Of a stretch of 64,000 bases of DNA, positions 1-10,487 are shown one piece after another. A model generated the notes under the pieces. That model searched no databases and had not been told where the DNA came from. It saw only the letters and a program-made list of their open reading frames with translations. Location of the stretch: positions 124,001 through 188,000 of IMG/VR virus record IMGVR_UViG_3300033146_002768; one strand, given 5' to 3'. Position numbers and translations under genes: made by a program. Every line of letters starts with the position of its first letter. The first letter of the stretch is position 1.

Positions 1-35
1 TAATATGTTCCAAAAATTTAAAGGAGAAACTCATT

Positions 36-263
36 ATGAGTGAAAACATTAGCTCAATCGGAGCTACAGGAAAACATCCATTCTCAGAGATAACTGAGTG
101 TTGGAATTGTGAAACATTTATTGATAGGACTGTTGAAGAACCTGACGGTCCTTTCTATGGTTGTGTATGTCCTAAATGTAAAGAGTCTTTGAGAACTCAT
201 CCAGAGTATGGTGAAGGCAAAGAGAAAGACTTAGCACTGGAGGGATGGAAATGCTTACCATAA
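36..263 (+). CDS. small zinc-ribbon-like hypothetical protein
   Basis: CWNC...CPKC pairs; AAGGAG RBS upstream. Confidence 0.6.
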   Translation: MSENISSIGATGKHPFSEITECWNCETFIDRTVEEPDGPFYGCVCPKCKESLRTHPEYGEGKEKDLALEGWKCLP

Positions 264-452
264 ATTGTGGCAAATACATTTTACTTATAGAACATCCTGA
301 TAGAATACTATTGTTTATGATAGTATTCTTTATACTATTAGGATTAATATACTGGAGGACAACAAAATGAAACTAAGATACATATTTCTAATCTTTGTAG
401 TACTGGTTATCTTTATGCTCTTATGGGGTGAAGCAGATTTCACAACAGGAGT

Positions 453-827
453 ATGGTGGTTAAAATGAAAGACAATACTCAAGTAGCAACTCGACAAGAA
501 TTAATCAATTGGGTTAAGGATAAAGTAAAGGTTGAGTTGAGAAAAGAGATGGGGTTATCACCGACGGGTATTATGAGAACTCCGGTAGATAAAACAATAC
601 CTCATAAACTTGCTGAGGAAATATCAGCATTTTATAATACTCCTGAAAGAAGAGATAAGATTAAACAAGAGATAATACGTGGTGAGAATAAGAAGAAACA
701 ATCACGTAAGGTTAAACAAACTAAAAGGAGTGTTAACTCTGAAGCATCAGAGGCTATAAAGAATAATGCTAATTCAATTAAAGGATGGTCAACATTTGTT
801 TCTAATCAAAAACAAAAGAGGAGTTAA
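453..827 (+). CDS. basic hypothetical protein
   Basis: 124-aa ORF in a dense plus-strand gene run. Confidence 0.55.
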   Translation: MVVKMKDNTQVATRQELINWVKDKVKVELRKEMGLSPTGIMRTPVDKTIPHKLAEEISAFYNTPERRDKIKQEIIRGENKKKQSRKVKQTKRSVNSEASEAIKNNANSIKGWSTFVSNQKQKRS

Positions 828-1024
828 GTTATATGACTAATGTAAATATAATCAAAGAGAAAGAGAATGATCTAGTTGAATTAAAACTTAAGATTGAAAA
901 AACAAAAAAGACTCTTGACACTCTCAAATTCACGGAAGTTAGTTATGCCAAAGCATTAAAACAATTAGAATTAATATGTGAACATTTGGAGTTAGAGTAT
1001 AACACATTAAAGAAAGGTTAATGG

Positions 1025-1642
1025 ATGAAAGACTATCGAGTTAAGATAACAATTAAAAACAATAAGTTATTATCAGCTATTGAAGAACTTGGTTATACTT
1101 CAGTTATAAAATTCAGTGAAGTTGTAGGTATAAGTCCAGGTTCTATCTATGAGTTGTTAAACATGAAGAAGGGAGCGTATAGTTTAGCAACTAATAAACT
1201 AAGACCTGTTGTTGAATCATTGTGTTTATTCTTAGGTAAATCTATTGAGGATATATTTCCAGTAGATAATATAGATAAACCTTTAAAGACTAATCATGTT
1301 ATGTTAGAAATGGATAAACCTCAAGTAGGTCATTTATTAACTAATAGTGAATCCATTAATCCTTTAAAACTATTAGAGGATAAAGAACAACTTAATCTAA
1401 TAACTAAATGTTTAAATCAACTTGACCCAAGACATGCAGAGTGTATAAGATTAAGGTTTGGTTTAGGTTGTGAACCTCATACTTATAAAAGAATTGGAGA
1501 ACTAATTCCAAGAGATGAGAGGAGTTATAGAGGTGAAGGTGCTTTAACAACTGAAAGGACCAGACAAATAATGCTTACTGCTATGAGGAAGCTAAGATAT
1601 AAAGTCTATGTTGCTAATAATAAAGAAGGTCAACGTTATTAA
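1025..1642 (+). CDS. XRE-type HTH fused to a sigma-70 region 4-like domain
   Basis: N-terminal FSEVVGISPGSIYELL HTH; C-terminal LDPRHAECIRLRFGL...TYKRIGE...TERTRQIMLTAMRKLR matches the sigma-70 r4 pattern; no regions 2-3 seen. Confidence 0.7.
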   Translation: MKDYRVKITIKNNKLLSAIEELGYTSVIKFSEVVGISPGSIYELLNMKKGAYSLATNKLRPVVESLCLFLGKSIEDIFPVDNIDKPLKTNHVMLEMDKPQVGHLLTNSESINPLKLLEDKEQLNLITKCLNQLDPRHAECIRLRFGLGCEPHTYKRIGELIPRDERSYRGEGALTTERTRQIMLTAMRKLRYKVYVANNKEGQRY

Positions 1643-1835
1643 AGGAGTTTGTATGAAAGCCTCTAAGAAGAAAATAAAACAACAAACGAATCAATGGGGT
1701 AAAGAGTCTCTGGAAAGTAATGAGAGACTCTACTAAAAACTCTGTCAAGAATATAAGTAATGATGATAGAGATCTTAAAAACTTTGATGTTGACTTTGAT
1801 GAAAATGAAGAAAGTGCATGTTATTAAAAAGATAC

Positions 1836-1881
1836 AAAAAAAAAGGAGATGATAAATAGCTAATATCATCTCCTTTTTTTG
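1836..1881. terminator. bidirectional intrinsic terminator
   Basis: A-run + GGAGATGATA / TATCATCTCC + T-run between convergent genes. Confidence 0.8.
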
Positions 1882-1901
1882 TAATAATTTAATGACTTTT
1901 T

Positions 1902-4028
1902 TTAAATCAAGTCATTAGTTCTAACATACTCATAGTCATTAGATAATCTTTCAATCCCTTTCTTAGTATGATACTTTCTCTTATGAGGTATCACAGCTAA
2001 TTGAATAATTCTATTATTAACAATACAATCTTCAACATCATTATAATTAAATATCAAAGCAGCAGTATCGCCTTTGACAGGTTCAGCAACAACCAGTTCA
2101 TTAGTAGTAAGTCTCAGTCTTGAATCATAGACTTTACCAGACTTATAAACAATCTCAGCATTAACCTTGCCTTGTAATGCTCTAAGAGTTTTAACTCTTC
2201 TATCATAATAATCACTATCATGTCTTCCACCTACATTACCATTACCTTCTTCAGCTTTAAAAGGATTTAATACATGGATCATCTTCTCACTATATTCAAG
2301 TGGGACAATGATATCATATGTATTAAAGTTAAGCAAGTGTAATACTCTATCAATGGTTGTTTTATAACCAGGTTTCAAAGCATCTTTAATCTCTTGTCTA
2401 TCTAATGATGCTTGTTTAATCATATCTTCTCTTACTTTAATCGCTTGTTCCTTTTCCTTTTCTTCATCTATTGCCAATTGTTTTTGTTTCTCTTCATAGT
2501 GCATGATACCTTTCCTCTTTCTCCCCATATATAAAGAAAGATTATCCAAACCTTCAATTTGTTTTAACTCAAACAAATCAGTTATTCTATCTTGATCTAT
2601 TTTAATCAAGACTTGATTCATAGTATCTTCATCAACATAAAAAGAATAGAGAGTCTTCTCAACTTTTTTATAGAATTTCTTTTTTTCTTCTATTGAAAAT
2701 GCTATGTTGTAAGTATTAATTTTCTCATGATAAGCGGGATGTTTAAGTGCATTCATCCCAATCACTCGACAATGCTCTTCCAAAGTAGTTACATTAACAA
2801 AAACAGGCTTGCCTTGGAATGGATAATAAACCAACTTTTGTTCTTTTAGATATTCTCCTTTGGTATTCTCAATGTATGATATACCACATTTAGGAATACT
2901 TATATCCTGGTTAGTCTTATGTTGTTTATACAAATCATAAACATAACTTTTATCAAGATTATTAATAATGTCCTTATATCTTCTATTCAATCCAGGAAAT
3001 ATATTTACTCGATTCTTTTGAATTACATAATGTTTTTCAGCCAAATTTTGCATAAAGTCATAAAGATATTTACCTTCCATGTATGTCATAAGATTAATCA
3101 ATCGTTTAAGAACGATTAGATCAACACACATTATAATAGGAGGTCTATTAGTAAGAATAGATTCAAGAAAAAACATTTGAACCATGAACAACTCTTTATT
3201 TATCTTGGGTATATCTCTATGTCTGAAATATTTTATAGCCTTCTTAGAAGTAAATACTGCATGTTGCATTTCTGGTGAAGATATATCAACAACATTAATA
3301 TATCTAGAAGGTATATTATCCTCATTATGACCAACAACACCATACTTAGTTGACACTATAAGATTACAAGATAACTTAGATACTCTAGCATCATTAGGTA
3401 GTTTAAACGATTGAAATTGAGGAAGTTGAAAAAACTTGCCTTTATTATCACCCTCTTTCTTTCTACAATATAATTCATTATCATTAGGGTTATTGTATAA
3501 AGCTAACTTAACTCCTTTAATAAAGTCAAGTTTATATTTAGCTAAAGGGTTAATAAAACTAACATAATCATCATCACCTTTAATCTCTTTATTATAAAGA
3601 GCATCTATCTTCAAATGAGGATGTTGTTCTAATAGTAATTCAGATACTTCCTGATTGATATTATCAAAACCATTAAACTTTTTAAATGTTAACATTTCTT
3701 TTTGAATAGATTTCATCTCCTCTTTTGATATAGAGCTAGCAAATTTAATTATTATATCTATATCATGCTCCGACATATTTGACTTTTTAGTTAGAGCTAT
3801 CCTCCTTTCTTTATCAGTCATATTATGTGTTAATTTAATAATCTCAGCTAACATATCTTTAACTTCTGGAGTTGCTTTTTGAAATATCTTAAAAGCTTTA
3901 TTATTCATTACTTGTTTCATTCCAGAAACATTTGCTTTACTATAAACTTTACCATCTAGTTCATCAACTATTTTATTACCAGTTAATGGATTCATTAGTT
4001 TGTTTATTTTTATTTCTTTCATAACCAT
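1902..4028 (-). CDS. 708-aa hypothetical protein
   Basis: long ORF, GGAGG RBS, own copy of motif A; no recognised motif. Confidence 0.75.
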   Translation of the reverse strand: MVMKEIKINKLMNPLTGNKIVDELDGKVYSKANVSGMKQVMNNKAFKIFQKATPEVKDMLAEIIKLTHNMTDKERRIALTKKSNMSEHDIDIIIKFASSISKEEMKSIQKEMLTFKKFNGFDNINQEVSELLLEQHPHLKIDALYNKEIKGDDDYVSFINPLAKYKLDFIKGVKLALYNNPNDNELYCRKKEGDNKGKFFQLPQFQSFKLPNDARVSKLSCNLIVSTKYGVVGHNEDNIPSRYINVVDISSPEMQHAVFTSKKAIKYFRHRDIPKINKELFMVQMFFLESILTNRPPIIMCVDLIVLKRLINLMTYMEGKYLYDFMQNLAEKHYVIQKNRVNIFPGLNRRYKDIINNLDKSYVYDLYKQHKTNQDISIPKCGISYIENTKGEYLKEQKLVYYPFQGKPVFVNVTTLEEHCRVIGMNALKHPAYHEKINTYNIAFSIEEKKKFYKKVEKTLYSFYVDEDTMNQVLIKIDQDRITDLFELKQIEGLDNLSLYMGRKRKGIMHYEEKQKQLAIDEEKEKEQAIKVREDMIKQASLDRQEIKDALKPGYKTTIDRVLHLLNFNTYDIIVPLEYSEKMIHVLNPFKAEEGNGNVGGRHDSDYYDRRVKTLRALQGKVNAEIVYKSGKVYDSRLRLTTNELVVAEPVKGDTAALIFNYNDVEDCIVNNRIIQLAVIPHKRKYHTKKGIERLSNDYEYVRTNDLI

Positions 4029-4057
4029 AATTATTCCTCCCTTTACTTAATAAATTA

Positions 4058-4093
4058 ATAATCCTTTATACTATTACTCAGTAATATATATAG
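4058..4093 (-). promoter_or_regulatory. motif A (CTATATATATTA-N14-AAAGGATTAT)
   Basis: one of 5 complete copies; directly upstream of the 708-aa ORF. Confidence 0.7.
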
Positions 4094-4350
4094 TAGTAGT
4101 TACTATAAAGGATTGTCAATAAACCAAACAACTTAACTCAGTTCATTTCTCATTATACTTATTTATCAAGATGTCGGATATAGTTTTAAAAAAAGAAAGG
4201 ACTAGACACTAACTCACTATCAGTATATCATCTATTCGTATTAATCACATACAAGAAAACAACTAATCTAATAAGAAACATACTAATAACAATAAGATTT
4301 AAACTAAACATAATCAATATTCAATCCAATTATATTAAAAGAGTTATAAT

Positions 4351-4396
4351 TATTATTTAAAGAGTATTATTTAAAGAGTATTATTAATAAGAGTAT
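4351..4396 (+). repeat. 14-bp tandem repeat TATTATTTAAAGAG (2 exact + 1 degenerate)
   Basis: read directly in intergenic DNA. Confidence 0.7.
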
Positions 4397-4548
4397 AAGG
4401 TATTAAGGATATAATAACATAAGGTCATTATGATTTCAAGGGGGATGTTTATTGTAATAGTATGTATGAAGTATAGTTAGTGGGTTATAAGCAGGTTGTA
4501 AGTAAGTTGAATATAGATTATGTTTTCATTTGTATAGTAACTGAGCTG

Positions 4549-4651
4549 AGTATATGTATAGATGAGGGAAGTATATGTATAGATGATGGAAGTATATGTA
4601 TAGATGATGGAAGTATATGTATAGATGATGGAAGTAAGAGGAAGTATATGT
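4549..4651 (+). repeat. 21-bp tandem repeat AGTATATGTATAGATGA(T/G)GGA x4 plus a partial copy
   Basis: copies start at 4549, 4570, 4591 and 4612; no spacers. Confidence 0.9.
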
Positions 4652-4907
4652 CTTGAGTTCGTTTCTCAACGTCCATTTTATAGTTCTCACGGTCTAGTCC
4701 GAGTCCCAAATAAAATTCCGGACGCCATCCAACCAACAATCCATATTAATCTAAAACATTCTATGTTTGCCTATGCACAAACGTATAGATTAAACTACAT
4801 AATCCACTTAGAGTATTGCTATATGTATTAAACACAATCTATACATATTTATCCCTATCCAGCATGAAATATAATGACAAATAATTAATTCATTATAACT
4901 AAGTTTA

Positions 4908-4942
4908 CTATATATATTAAAGTTTATAAGATAAAGGATTAT
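4908..4942 (+). promoter_or_regulatory. motif A (N13)
   Basis: CTATATATATTA...AAAGGATTAT upstream of small plus-strand genes. Confidence 0.7.
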
Positions 4943-5609
4943 CACTAATATAAACTTATAATGTAAGGAGACTATTATAAATAAAACATACTTAACAGAT
5001 ACATTATCTGTTAAACTACATTTGACTAATGGGAAAATTGTATTGTGTAATATAAATATTTTTGGTTATGATAAACTATCATTATTTCTTGATAAAAATG
5101 ACAAAGATTTGCGTTGTCAGAATGCTTCATATGATAGCGGGGAAGCACAATTTATTATTGTACCAAGAAGGAATGTTTTGTTTTATGTACCAGTAGAAGA
5201 ATAACTTTATAAAATAAGGAGAATAATTATTATGGAAAAAATAATACTAACTGAAGAAGATAAAATGTTTATGAAAAAGAAAGAGGAAGAACTTATCAAA
5301 AAAGCTGATTTTTACAACATGGTATATTGTTTCACTAATATGAATTGTTGTGAAAAGTTTAAACAATGTATTAGTGAAATGCATGAGGATATGCAAAATG
5401 GAAATTTTTTCATTTAGGAGGTAATAATGAAATACATAACATTAAAAGATATATGTAGGAATGATTTTTATAGAGATAGGGTTACTGCTTTAATTTATTA
5501 AGAAGGAGAATCTTATGAGGAAGCCATATAAGAAGATGGATGGCTTGATAGTTTTTATATTATATGTAGCATATCAATCCATTTCTTTATAATATTTAAT
5601 ATGTAAGTG

Positions 5610-5664
5610 AATGAGTATAGGGGATATATGAGTATTAGTATATATCCCCCTACTCATTTTTTTT
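5610..5664. terminator. intrinsic terminator at a convergent junction
   Basis: AATGAGTA-TAGGGGATATAT / ATATATCCCCC-TACTCATT + T-run. Confidence 0.75.
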
Positions 5665-5666
5665 GT

Positions 5667-5948
5667 CTATTTTTTAATTGGGTTATTGACTAACTCGTAT
5701 ATATCCATTATCAATTTGTCATAATCAATGTTAGATGATTGTTTAGCCTTACCTCTACTCAGTATATAAGACACAACCCCTGCTATAGTCATGAGACTAC
5801 CTGAGATATTGTTTATATATGCTAGCATAGTATTAGACTCAAAGTTTGTTATGACACCAAAGAGTATAAGTAACCCAAAGAACGCTGAGCATATCATTGC
5901 CCAGAACTCTGTTGTCTTCCATCCTGGTTTAACATAGTTATTGTCCAT
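5667..5948 (-). CDS. holin-like small membrane protein
   Basis: KPGWKTTEFW start, two hydrophobic segments, basic tail. Confidence 0.5.
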   Translation of the reverse strand: MDNNYVKPGWKTTEFWAMICSAFFGLLILFGVITNFESNTMLAYINNISGSLMTIAGVVSYILSRGKAKQSSNIDYDKLIMDIYELVNNPIKK

Positions 5949-6831
5949 GATTTAATCCTTTTTATTGTTTAGATTTTATATTAGTATTAGTTAATGTATA
6001 TGTTTAAAATGGTGTCTGAGGGTGTCTGCGCTCAGAAAATCTTACTTGTAGGGGCGGTGATGGTTACTAGTGATCTAACTTCTTTATTTATCAAAGGGTA
6101 TGTTGGTTGTTATCTATCTCGGGATTGCTTTTTACTATCTCCCTCTTAGCTAAAACAAGGACAGCAACCCCGAGTTATATATTTTTTACAATTTTACCCC
6201 TATATAGGATTCCATTTCGTAATACTTTATTCCACTCTATATGTACCTGCTATATAAATACCGTTGCAAAAAAATAAAATACTCAAAAATTGACCTTTAC
6301 AAAAGGATTTAAAAGAGATACTAGTTTATATACTATTAAACTAGTCCATAAACTAAGAAAAATAGTTATAATCAAGCTAAACGTTCCAAAACTTATCATG
6401 CAGCCAATACCTATTCCAACTATAACAATACTAACTACCCAAAACAAAAACCAATAACAATCACTGTCGCTAACTTTTTTCTCCATAATCACACTTCCTC
6501 ATACAAACATTTAGATTTATTAATACAACGCAACCCAGGTAATACTCTTCCCCAACCATCAGTTACTATTTGATATTTACTATTAAGATAACCATAACCA
6601 AACTTAGGTCTTGAATTAGCTTTAGGTTTATCACTATTATCCCAACTAAAACCTACTCTTGAAATAGACTTAGATACATAGTCTACCATATCCTTATATT
6701 CAATTTCATATTTTTCATTAAGATCTTTCTTTAATTTTTTATTTATAAATTGACACATTTTATAAGATACTGCATTGAATTGCTTCTCGGTCATTCCCCC
6801 ACATAATCGCCATTCTCTTATTCTCCTTTTA

Positions 6832-7089
6832 TTATATACTCATCTTCCTCTGAAGTTTAAACTTTTTCTTTTTAGCAGTAATTAATGCTCTTTGAGCTTT
6901 TGATGAATTACCTTTAGTCTTTATATGATTGACTATTTTATTTATATGATTATCAAGCTTACTTAGTTTATGATTATTATCAGGTGGTAAACGAGAAGCT
7001 TTTATATCTTGTCTAATATTTGCTTGTTTAGAAGATACAGGCGCTCTCTTTTTTTCATTTAAATAATTTAAATATTTATCAACTCTCAT
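6832..7089 (-). CDS. small basic protein with N-terminal YLxxLNE leader
   Basis: MRVDKYLNYLNE then K/R-rich. Confidence 0.6.
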   Translation of the reverse strand: MRVDKYLNYLNEKKRAPVSSKQANIRQDIKASRLPPDNNHKLSKLDNHINKIVNHIKTKGNSSKAQRALITAKKKKFKLQRKMSI

Positions 7090-7349
7090 AAGATATGTCC
7101 TTTTTATTAATACTTTGTAACAATGATCTATAACACCATCTAGGTAAATAGTAAAATACTCCGCTAATAAGCATCCAGATTAATGTAAACCCTAAGCATA
7201 TAAATTCAAGTATAGCCATCATAAATGATAATAGACCAATCATAAAAGCTATACATAAAGGTATTATTATTATTAGTAATGATAGTAATTCACTTAATGT
7301 ATTCTCCTTTTTATATTATGTTACTTTTAATATAAATAGTTTCTATAAT

Positions 7350-7550
7350 CTATCTTTGTACTTTAGTTTGTTTTTGTATCATTGATGCATTCATTTTCTT
7401 TTTCTTCATAGCATCCATTTGTCTTTTTTTCATACGAGCTTTATTGATATCAGCTGCAAGACCTCGAGCAGTATTAATAGCAGATAGTCCTGTTTGTACA
7501 GCAGCTATCCCTATTTCATTTAAGCTTTTAATTATTTGTTTTTTGTCCAT
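7350..7550 (-). CDS. small basic protein with N-terminal LNE leader
   Basis: MDKKQIIKSLNE. Confidence 0.6.
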   Translation of the reverse strand: MDKKQIIKSLNEIGIAAVQTGLSAINTARGLAADINKARMKKRQMDAMKKKKMNASMIQKQTKVQR

Positions 7551-7562
7551 AACATAGTACTC

Positions 7563-7802
7563 CTAAATTTTATTTTTATGCTTAGTTTGTTTTGTAGAAG
7601 CTGCTGCTATTTTTAAATTTCTTTTCTTTTCTCGTCTAGCAGCCATTTTTGCTTTTTGTCTTTTTATATCTTCTGGTCCCATTCCCATAGTTGCTGCTCC
7701 TATAGAACCGATAAATTGAACTACTTTATTATTTCTAAATTTCTCTAATCTTTCGCCTTCCATAATTTTATTTATATCTTTAATAATTTTTAATTTATCC
7801 AT
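7563..7802 (-). CDS. small basic protein with N-terminal IME leader
   Basis: MDKLKIIKDINKIME; motif B upstream at 7832-7846. Confidence 0.6.
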   Translation of the reverse strand: MDKLKIIKDINKIMEGERLEKFRNNKVVQFIGSIGAATMGMGPEDIKRQKAKMAARREKKRNLKIAAASTKQTKHKNKI

Positions 7803-7925
7803 AACATTATCCTTATTTATATTTATTAATATTTATTAATATGTTCCAAAAAAATTTATATATAATTAGATGCATATAACTGCTCGATCGGGCTTAAAAA
7901 ATCGTATCCATTATAAGTATATTTA

Positions 7926-7959
7926 CTATATATATTATTTGGTAATAGTAAAGGATTAT
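7926..7959 (+). promoter_or_regulatory. motif A (N12)
   Basis: upstream of the 7988 ORF, followed by GGAG RBS. Confidence 0.75.
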
Positions 7960-7987
7960 TAATTTAATTTAATTGGAGATATAAATT

Positions 7988-8284
7988 ATGACAGAGAAAT
8001 GTACTAATCAAAATTGTGAATCTTTTTCTTTAGGTTGTGATAGAGAAATTGTTACTACCTGTGAAAATTGTGGAGAGTGTATGAACATTCCATACACTAA
8101 ACCTTGGACAGTACCTAATGATCATCTTGAAAAGAGTAAAGAATGCGATGGTCAGATTTGTCCTTCATGTTATCATATCAATTATTGTGATGAAGAGATT
8201 ATGACTGATGGTCGTAATGATGTTAAATTTAATGAAAGGTCATTTAACGACGAGTGGGAAGAAAACGGAATTCTCGATAAGTAA
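7988..8284 (+). CDS. Cys-rich zinc-binding hypothetical protein
   Basis: CENCGEC and CPSC motifs. Confidence 0.6.
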   Translation: MTEKCTNQNCESFSLGCDREIVTTCENCGECMNIPYTKPWTVPNDHLEKSKECDGQICPSCYHINYCDEEIMTDGRNDVKFNERSFNDEWEENGILDK

Positions 8285-8486
8285 AGGAGGATTAATGGAC
8301 ATTATTTTGATATATCTTTTTGGTTGTGTCATGGCTGCTTATAATGGATGGCAAATGGCTAATTGTCTTAATGAAAAAAGGTACTGGTTGGCAACTATGT
8401 TTGGTACACTTTTAGTTTTGATAGTGTATTTGAATAAAGATATTCCAACAAAATGTGGATGGTGGTAATAATTAAAAGGAGATAAT

Positions 8487-8900
8487 ATGAAAGAAGAAAC
8501 TAAAAAAATAAGTCGCAACATTGCAATTGATGTATTTGTTGCTATGGTAGGCATTTCAATTATAGGGATTTTCTTTGTTGAAGAAAGATCCTGGATTGCA
8601 AAATGGTGGATAAGTGTTGTTGGTATTGGATTTACTGGGTTTGTTATTTGGTTTCTGATTGGAACTTTTCTGAGTTGGAGATCTATCGGAGTTGTTGTGT
8701 TGGGTAAAGGGTATGGAATAGCAGCTTCAATTTTAGGTCTCGGAGGTGGTGTTGGAGGAGCAGCAATTTTTGGTTGTAGTTTAAATATGATTCTTAATCC
8801 AGATCAATATATCTGGAATGTTGGAGGTATTGTTGCAACTATTGTTATTGCTATATTTGTTAGCAATGGAACAAAAGCTGCTATTGATAAACATCAATAG
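8487..8900 (+). CDS. multi-pass membrane protein
   Basis: about four hydrophobic segments. Confidence 0.65.
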   Translation: MKEETKKISRNIAIDVFVAMVGISIIGIFFVEERSWIAKWWISVVGIGFTGFVIWFLIGTFLSWRSIGVVVLGKGYGIAASILGLGGGVGGAAIFGCSLNMILNPDQYIWNVGGIVATIVIAIFVSNGTKAAIDKHQ

Positions 8901-8912
8901 AAAAAAGTTATT

Positions 8913-8941
8913 AAAGAGTGTTTGTAAGGCACTCTTTTTTT
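8913..8941 (+). terminator. intrinsic terminator
   Basis: AAAGAGTG-loop-CACTCTTT + T-run. Confidence 0.7.
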
Positions 8942-9110
8942 GTTTATATTTTCTTTAAACCATTATTTCACATTCAGTTTCATCTATATATTTTTTTATA
9001 AATAAACCTAATCCAAATATAATAGCAGGAATAGATCCTGGTATTAATAATATTATAAGTAATGCTTTCATTAATGTTAATAGTATAATCATTTTATTTT
9101 CCTTTCTAAT

Positions 9111-9482
9111 TTATTTTATAAAATCATGTGGTGGCATTTTATCTAACTTGACATATTTAAGAGTTGATTTTTTCATATCTATTGCTTTCATTAGTCTATG
9201 ATATCCATCTAATAAAATATCTTTAGGACCAACTATAACAGGATATTTAAGTTGAGCATTTCTTATTCTTATTATATGATTCTTTAAATCAAAGTATGTA
9301 TTTAAAGTCCATTCTATTTTTGTATGAAGATCTATTTTATTTATAGATAGAGTTTTTACTGGAAACCCTTTAGTTGCATCAATTAAAGTTTGAACATACC
9401 ATACTTTATTACCTTCTACATAAGTATTTTTTATTTCTAATTTTTCATTTATATATAATTTATTTAAATTTAGTTTATTCAT
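9111..9482 (-). CDS. ParB/Srx N-terminal-like domain protein
   Basis: YPVIV...LLDGYHRL motif. Confidence 0.6.
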   Translation of the reverse strand: MNKLNLNKLYINEKLEIKNTYVEGNKVWYVQTLIDATKGFPVKTLSINKIDLHTKIEWTLNTYFDLKNHIIRIRNAQLKYPVIVGPKDILLDGYHRLMKAIDMKKSTLKYVKLDKMPPHDFIK

Positions 9483-9653
9483 TTCAATAACTCCCTTATT
9501 ATCCTATAACAAACTAGTCCTACAGTATATGTTCTAATTATAATATAATCCACAAAATTAAATATTATACGCATACACTTTACTATCACTGTTAAGCTGA
9601 ATATTATAATCATGACTCCTATGAGATAACTAACTAAGAAGTCAAACATTATA

Positions 9654-9917
9654 TTACCTTGGTCTATTATTCATAGCTCTTCTCATTTGATCACCTTTAA
9701 TTTTTTGATTATCCATAGCTTGTGATCTTTGTTCTGGAGTGCTGCTATTTGATGGTTTATTATTTCTAGAATCTTTAGATGCTGCTTTAATTCCAACATA
9801 TCCAACTAATAATGTTAAAGGAATTAATACACCTGCTGAGCTTTTCCAAACTTTTTTGACTTTATCCCAAATAGCGCCCTCATTTAATTTCATTAAATAA
9901 TTATCTAATATACTCAT
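9654..9917 (-). CDS. small protein with N-terminal YLxxLNE leader
   Basis: MSILDNYLMKLNEG; motif B variant at 9939-9952. Confidence 0.6.
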   Translation of the reverse strand: MSILDNYLMKLNEGAIWDKVKKVWKSSAGVLIPLTLLVGYVGIKAASKDSRNNKPSNSSTPEQRSQAMDNQKIKGDQMRRAMNNRPR

Positions 9918-9989
9918 AATTTTATTCCTTGTTTTTATTTTATATTTTGTTCTATATTTTTGGTTCCATTATAAAATTATGCCAACGGC

Positions 9990-10031
9990 AAAAAAGCAGA
10001 GTGATATATAATATTCACTCTGCTTTTTTTT
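9990..10031. terminator. intrinsic terminator (after the 10035-10487 gene)
   Basis: AAAAAAGCAGAGTGA / TCACTCTGCTTTTTT. Confidence 0.8.
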
Positions 10032-10034
10032 GTA

Positions 10035-10487
10035 TTAAAATTCTGATTCTGGTGCTTGTTCATCACCACTACTAGTATTAGTATCTGCTTGTTCCTCATT
10101 AGGTAATTCTGATTCTGGTGCTTGTTCATCACCACTACTAGTATTAGTATCTGCTTGTTCCTCATTAGGTAATTCAGATATTGTTCTAGCTATACCTCTT
10201 GGCGGAATTGTTCCGCTTAGTTGAGGAGATCTTAATCCAAGAGCTTGTCCTATTTCTGCACTACATTCTTCATCGCAGTCACAAGATTTTTCTTGATCCC
10301 AGTCGACGTCAAATTGTTCTTCCATTTGAGCGAGCATTGCTTTTTCTTTTTCATCACCATTAATATAATGATCAACTAAGAAATCAATAATATTTATATC
10401 AAGAAGTCTAATTCTTTCTTTTAGTCTCATCCATTTTCCTTTTTCATACCAGTCATTTACTAATTCTTTACTTAATTCCATGTTCAC
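10035..10487 (-). CDS. acidic hypothetical protein with a 22-aa C-terminal duplication
   Basis: ELPNEEQADTNTSSGDEQAPES x2. Confidence 0.7.
   Translation of the reverse strand: MNMELSKELVNDWYEKGKWMRLKERIRLLDINIIDFLVDHYINGDEKEKAMLAQMEEQFDVDWDQEKSCDCDEECSAEIGQALGLRSPQLSGTIPPRGIARTISELPNEEQADTNTSSGDEQAPESELPNEEQADTNTSSGDEQAPESEF
10039..10175. repeat. 66-bp exact tandem duplication
   Basis: copies start at 10039 and 10105. Confidence 0.9.

Noticed and set aside
4549-4651. CRISPR array
   Set aside because: Repeats are contiguous with no spacers; no cas genes in the window.
4518-4831. ORFs 4518-4739 (-) and 4625-4831 (+)
   Set aside because: They are translations of the 21-bp repeat region with no convincing RBS.
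9977-10165. 62-aa minus-strand repeat ORF
   Set aside because: Alternative frame of the 66-bp duplication, running through a terminator.
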